A stretch of DNA of 54,087 bases, counting the filler, from Catajapyx aquilonaris (lineage: Eukaryota), in NCBI GenBank assembly GCA_000934665.2. It is 2 parts of 2 records of this genome, joined end to end, with 100 filler letters (N's around TTAATTAATTAA, not from the genome) between each part and the next. Parts side by side here need not be neighbours in the genome. Positions count along the whole stretch, not along the records: positions 29,552 to 54,087 come from JYFJ02005492.1; 1 more part is not named here. The stretch is one strand, 5' to 3'. Position 1 is the stretch's first letter. The number at the start of each line of letters is the position of its first letter. Below the pieces are notes generated by a model. It searched no databases and was not told where the DNA came from. It saw nothing but the letters and a program-made list of their open reading frames with translations. Shown here in pieces: positions 53,701-54,087 of this stretch. Made by a program: the position numbers and the translations under genes.

Positions 53701-54087
53701 CTATCTTATACTGTTCAGCTTCTTTTATTTTTCATAATGAACGATGAATCTTGATACACTTAGGACCTGCCGGTGTTTACAACAACTGAAGAAATTTCAT
53801 GCGATATACATTGCAACTGCTATAAAAAGCTTATTTTTCCCATTGGTTTGAATGTGCTGCATGACTCTATATATGCCGCTGTCTTTTATAATGCAAGTTT
53901 ATGTTATTGCTGCAAGTATATATATTTAGCTTATGTTTACTGCAGTATGATTGTGATATGTACGCAGAATGTACGGTATACAGGATTACAGCACTCAAAA
54001 AAAGGATATGGCTGTGACAGCAAATAATTTTTAGCTACCGCATTTTAGCTGTCCCAGATGCAAGTTCAGCTGGAGCAGGCATGTAGT

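Overview
Eukaryotic (protostome, most likely arthropod/pancrustacean) genomic DNA with short (~55-65 nt) GT-AG introns. It comprises two pieces joined by an artificial 100-bp spacer (N44-TTAATTAATTAA-N44, 29452-29551), so the left and right halves may not be true neighbours. Left half: an internally deleted LINE relic; two tandem F-box/LRR paralogues (+); RpL23A (-) with a very long Lys/Ala/Pro-rich N-terminal extension, an intronic box C/D snoRNA (SNORD79-like guide) and two long fold-backs in intron 1, one topped by a GC-rich kissing-loop/pseudoknot domain; a strongly diverged condensin subunit CAP-D2-like gene (-); two tandem divergent ionotropic receptors (+) that share a ~500-bp gene-conversion-like tract; and a chimeric SINE-like insert. 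Right half: the last exon of a divergent integrin beta (+), a complete 7-exon Pax3/7 gene of the paired (prd) type (-), and ~12 kb of gene-free upstream DNA with MITEs and candidate enhancers. Gene models were assembled by hand from splice sites and reading frame. Homology calls rest on recalled family motifs, not database searches.
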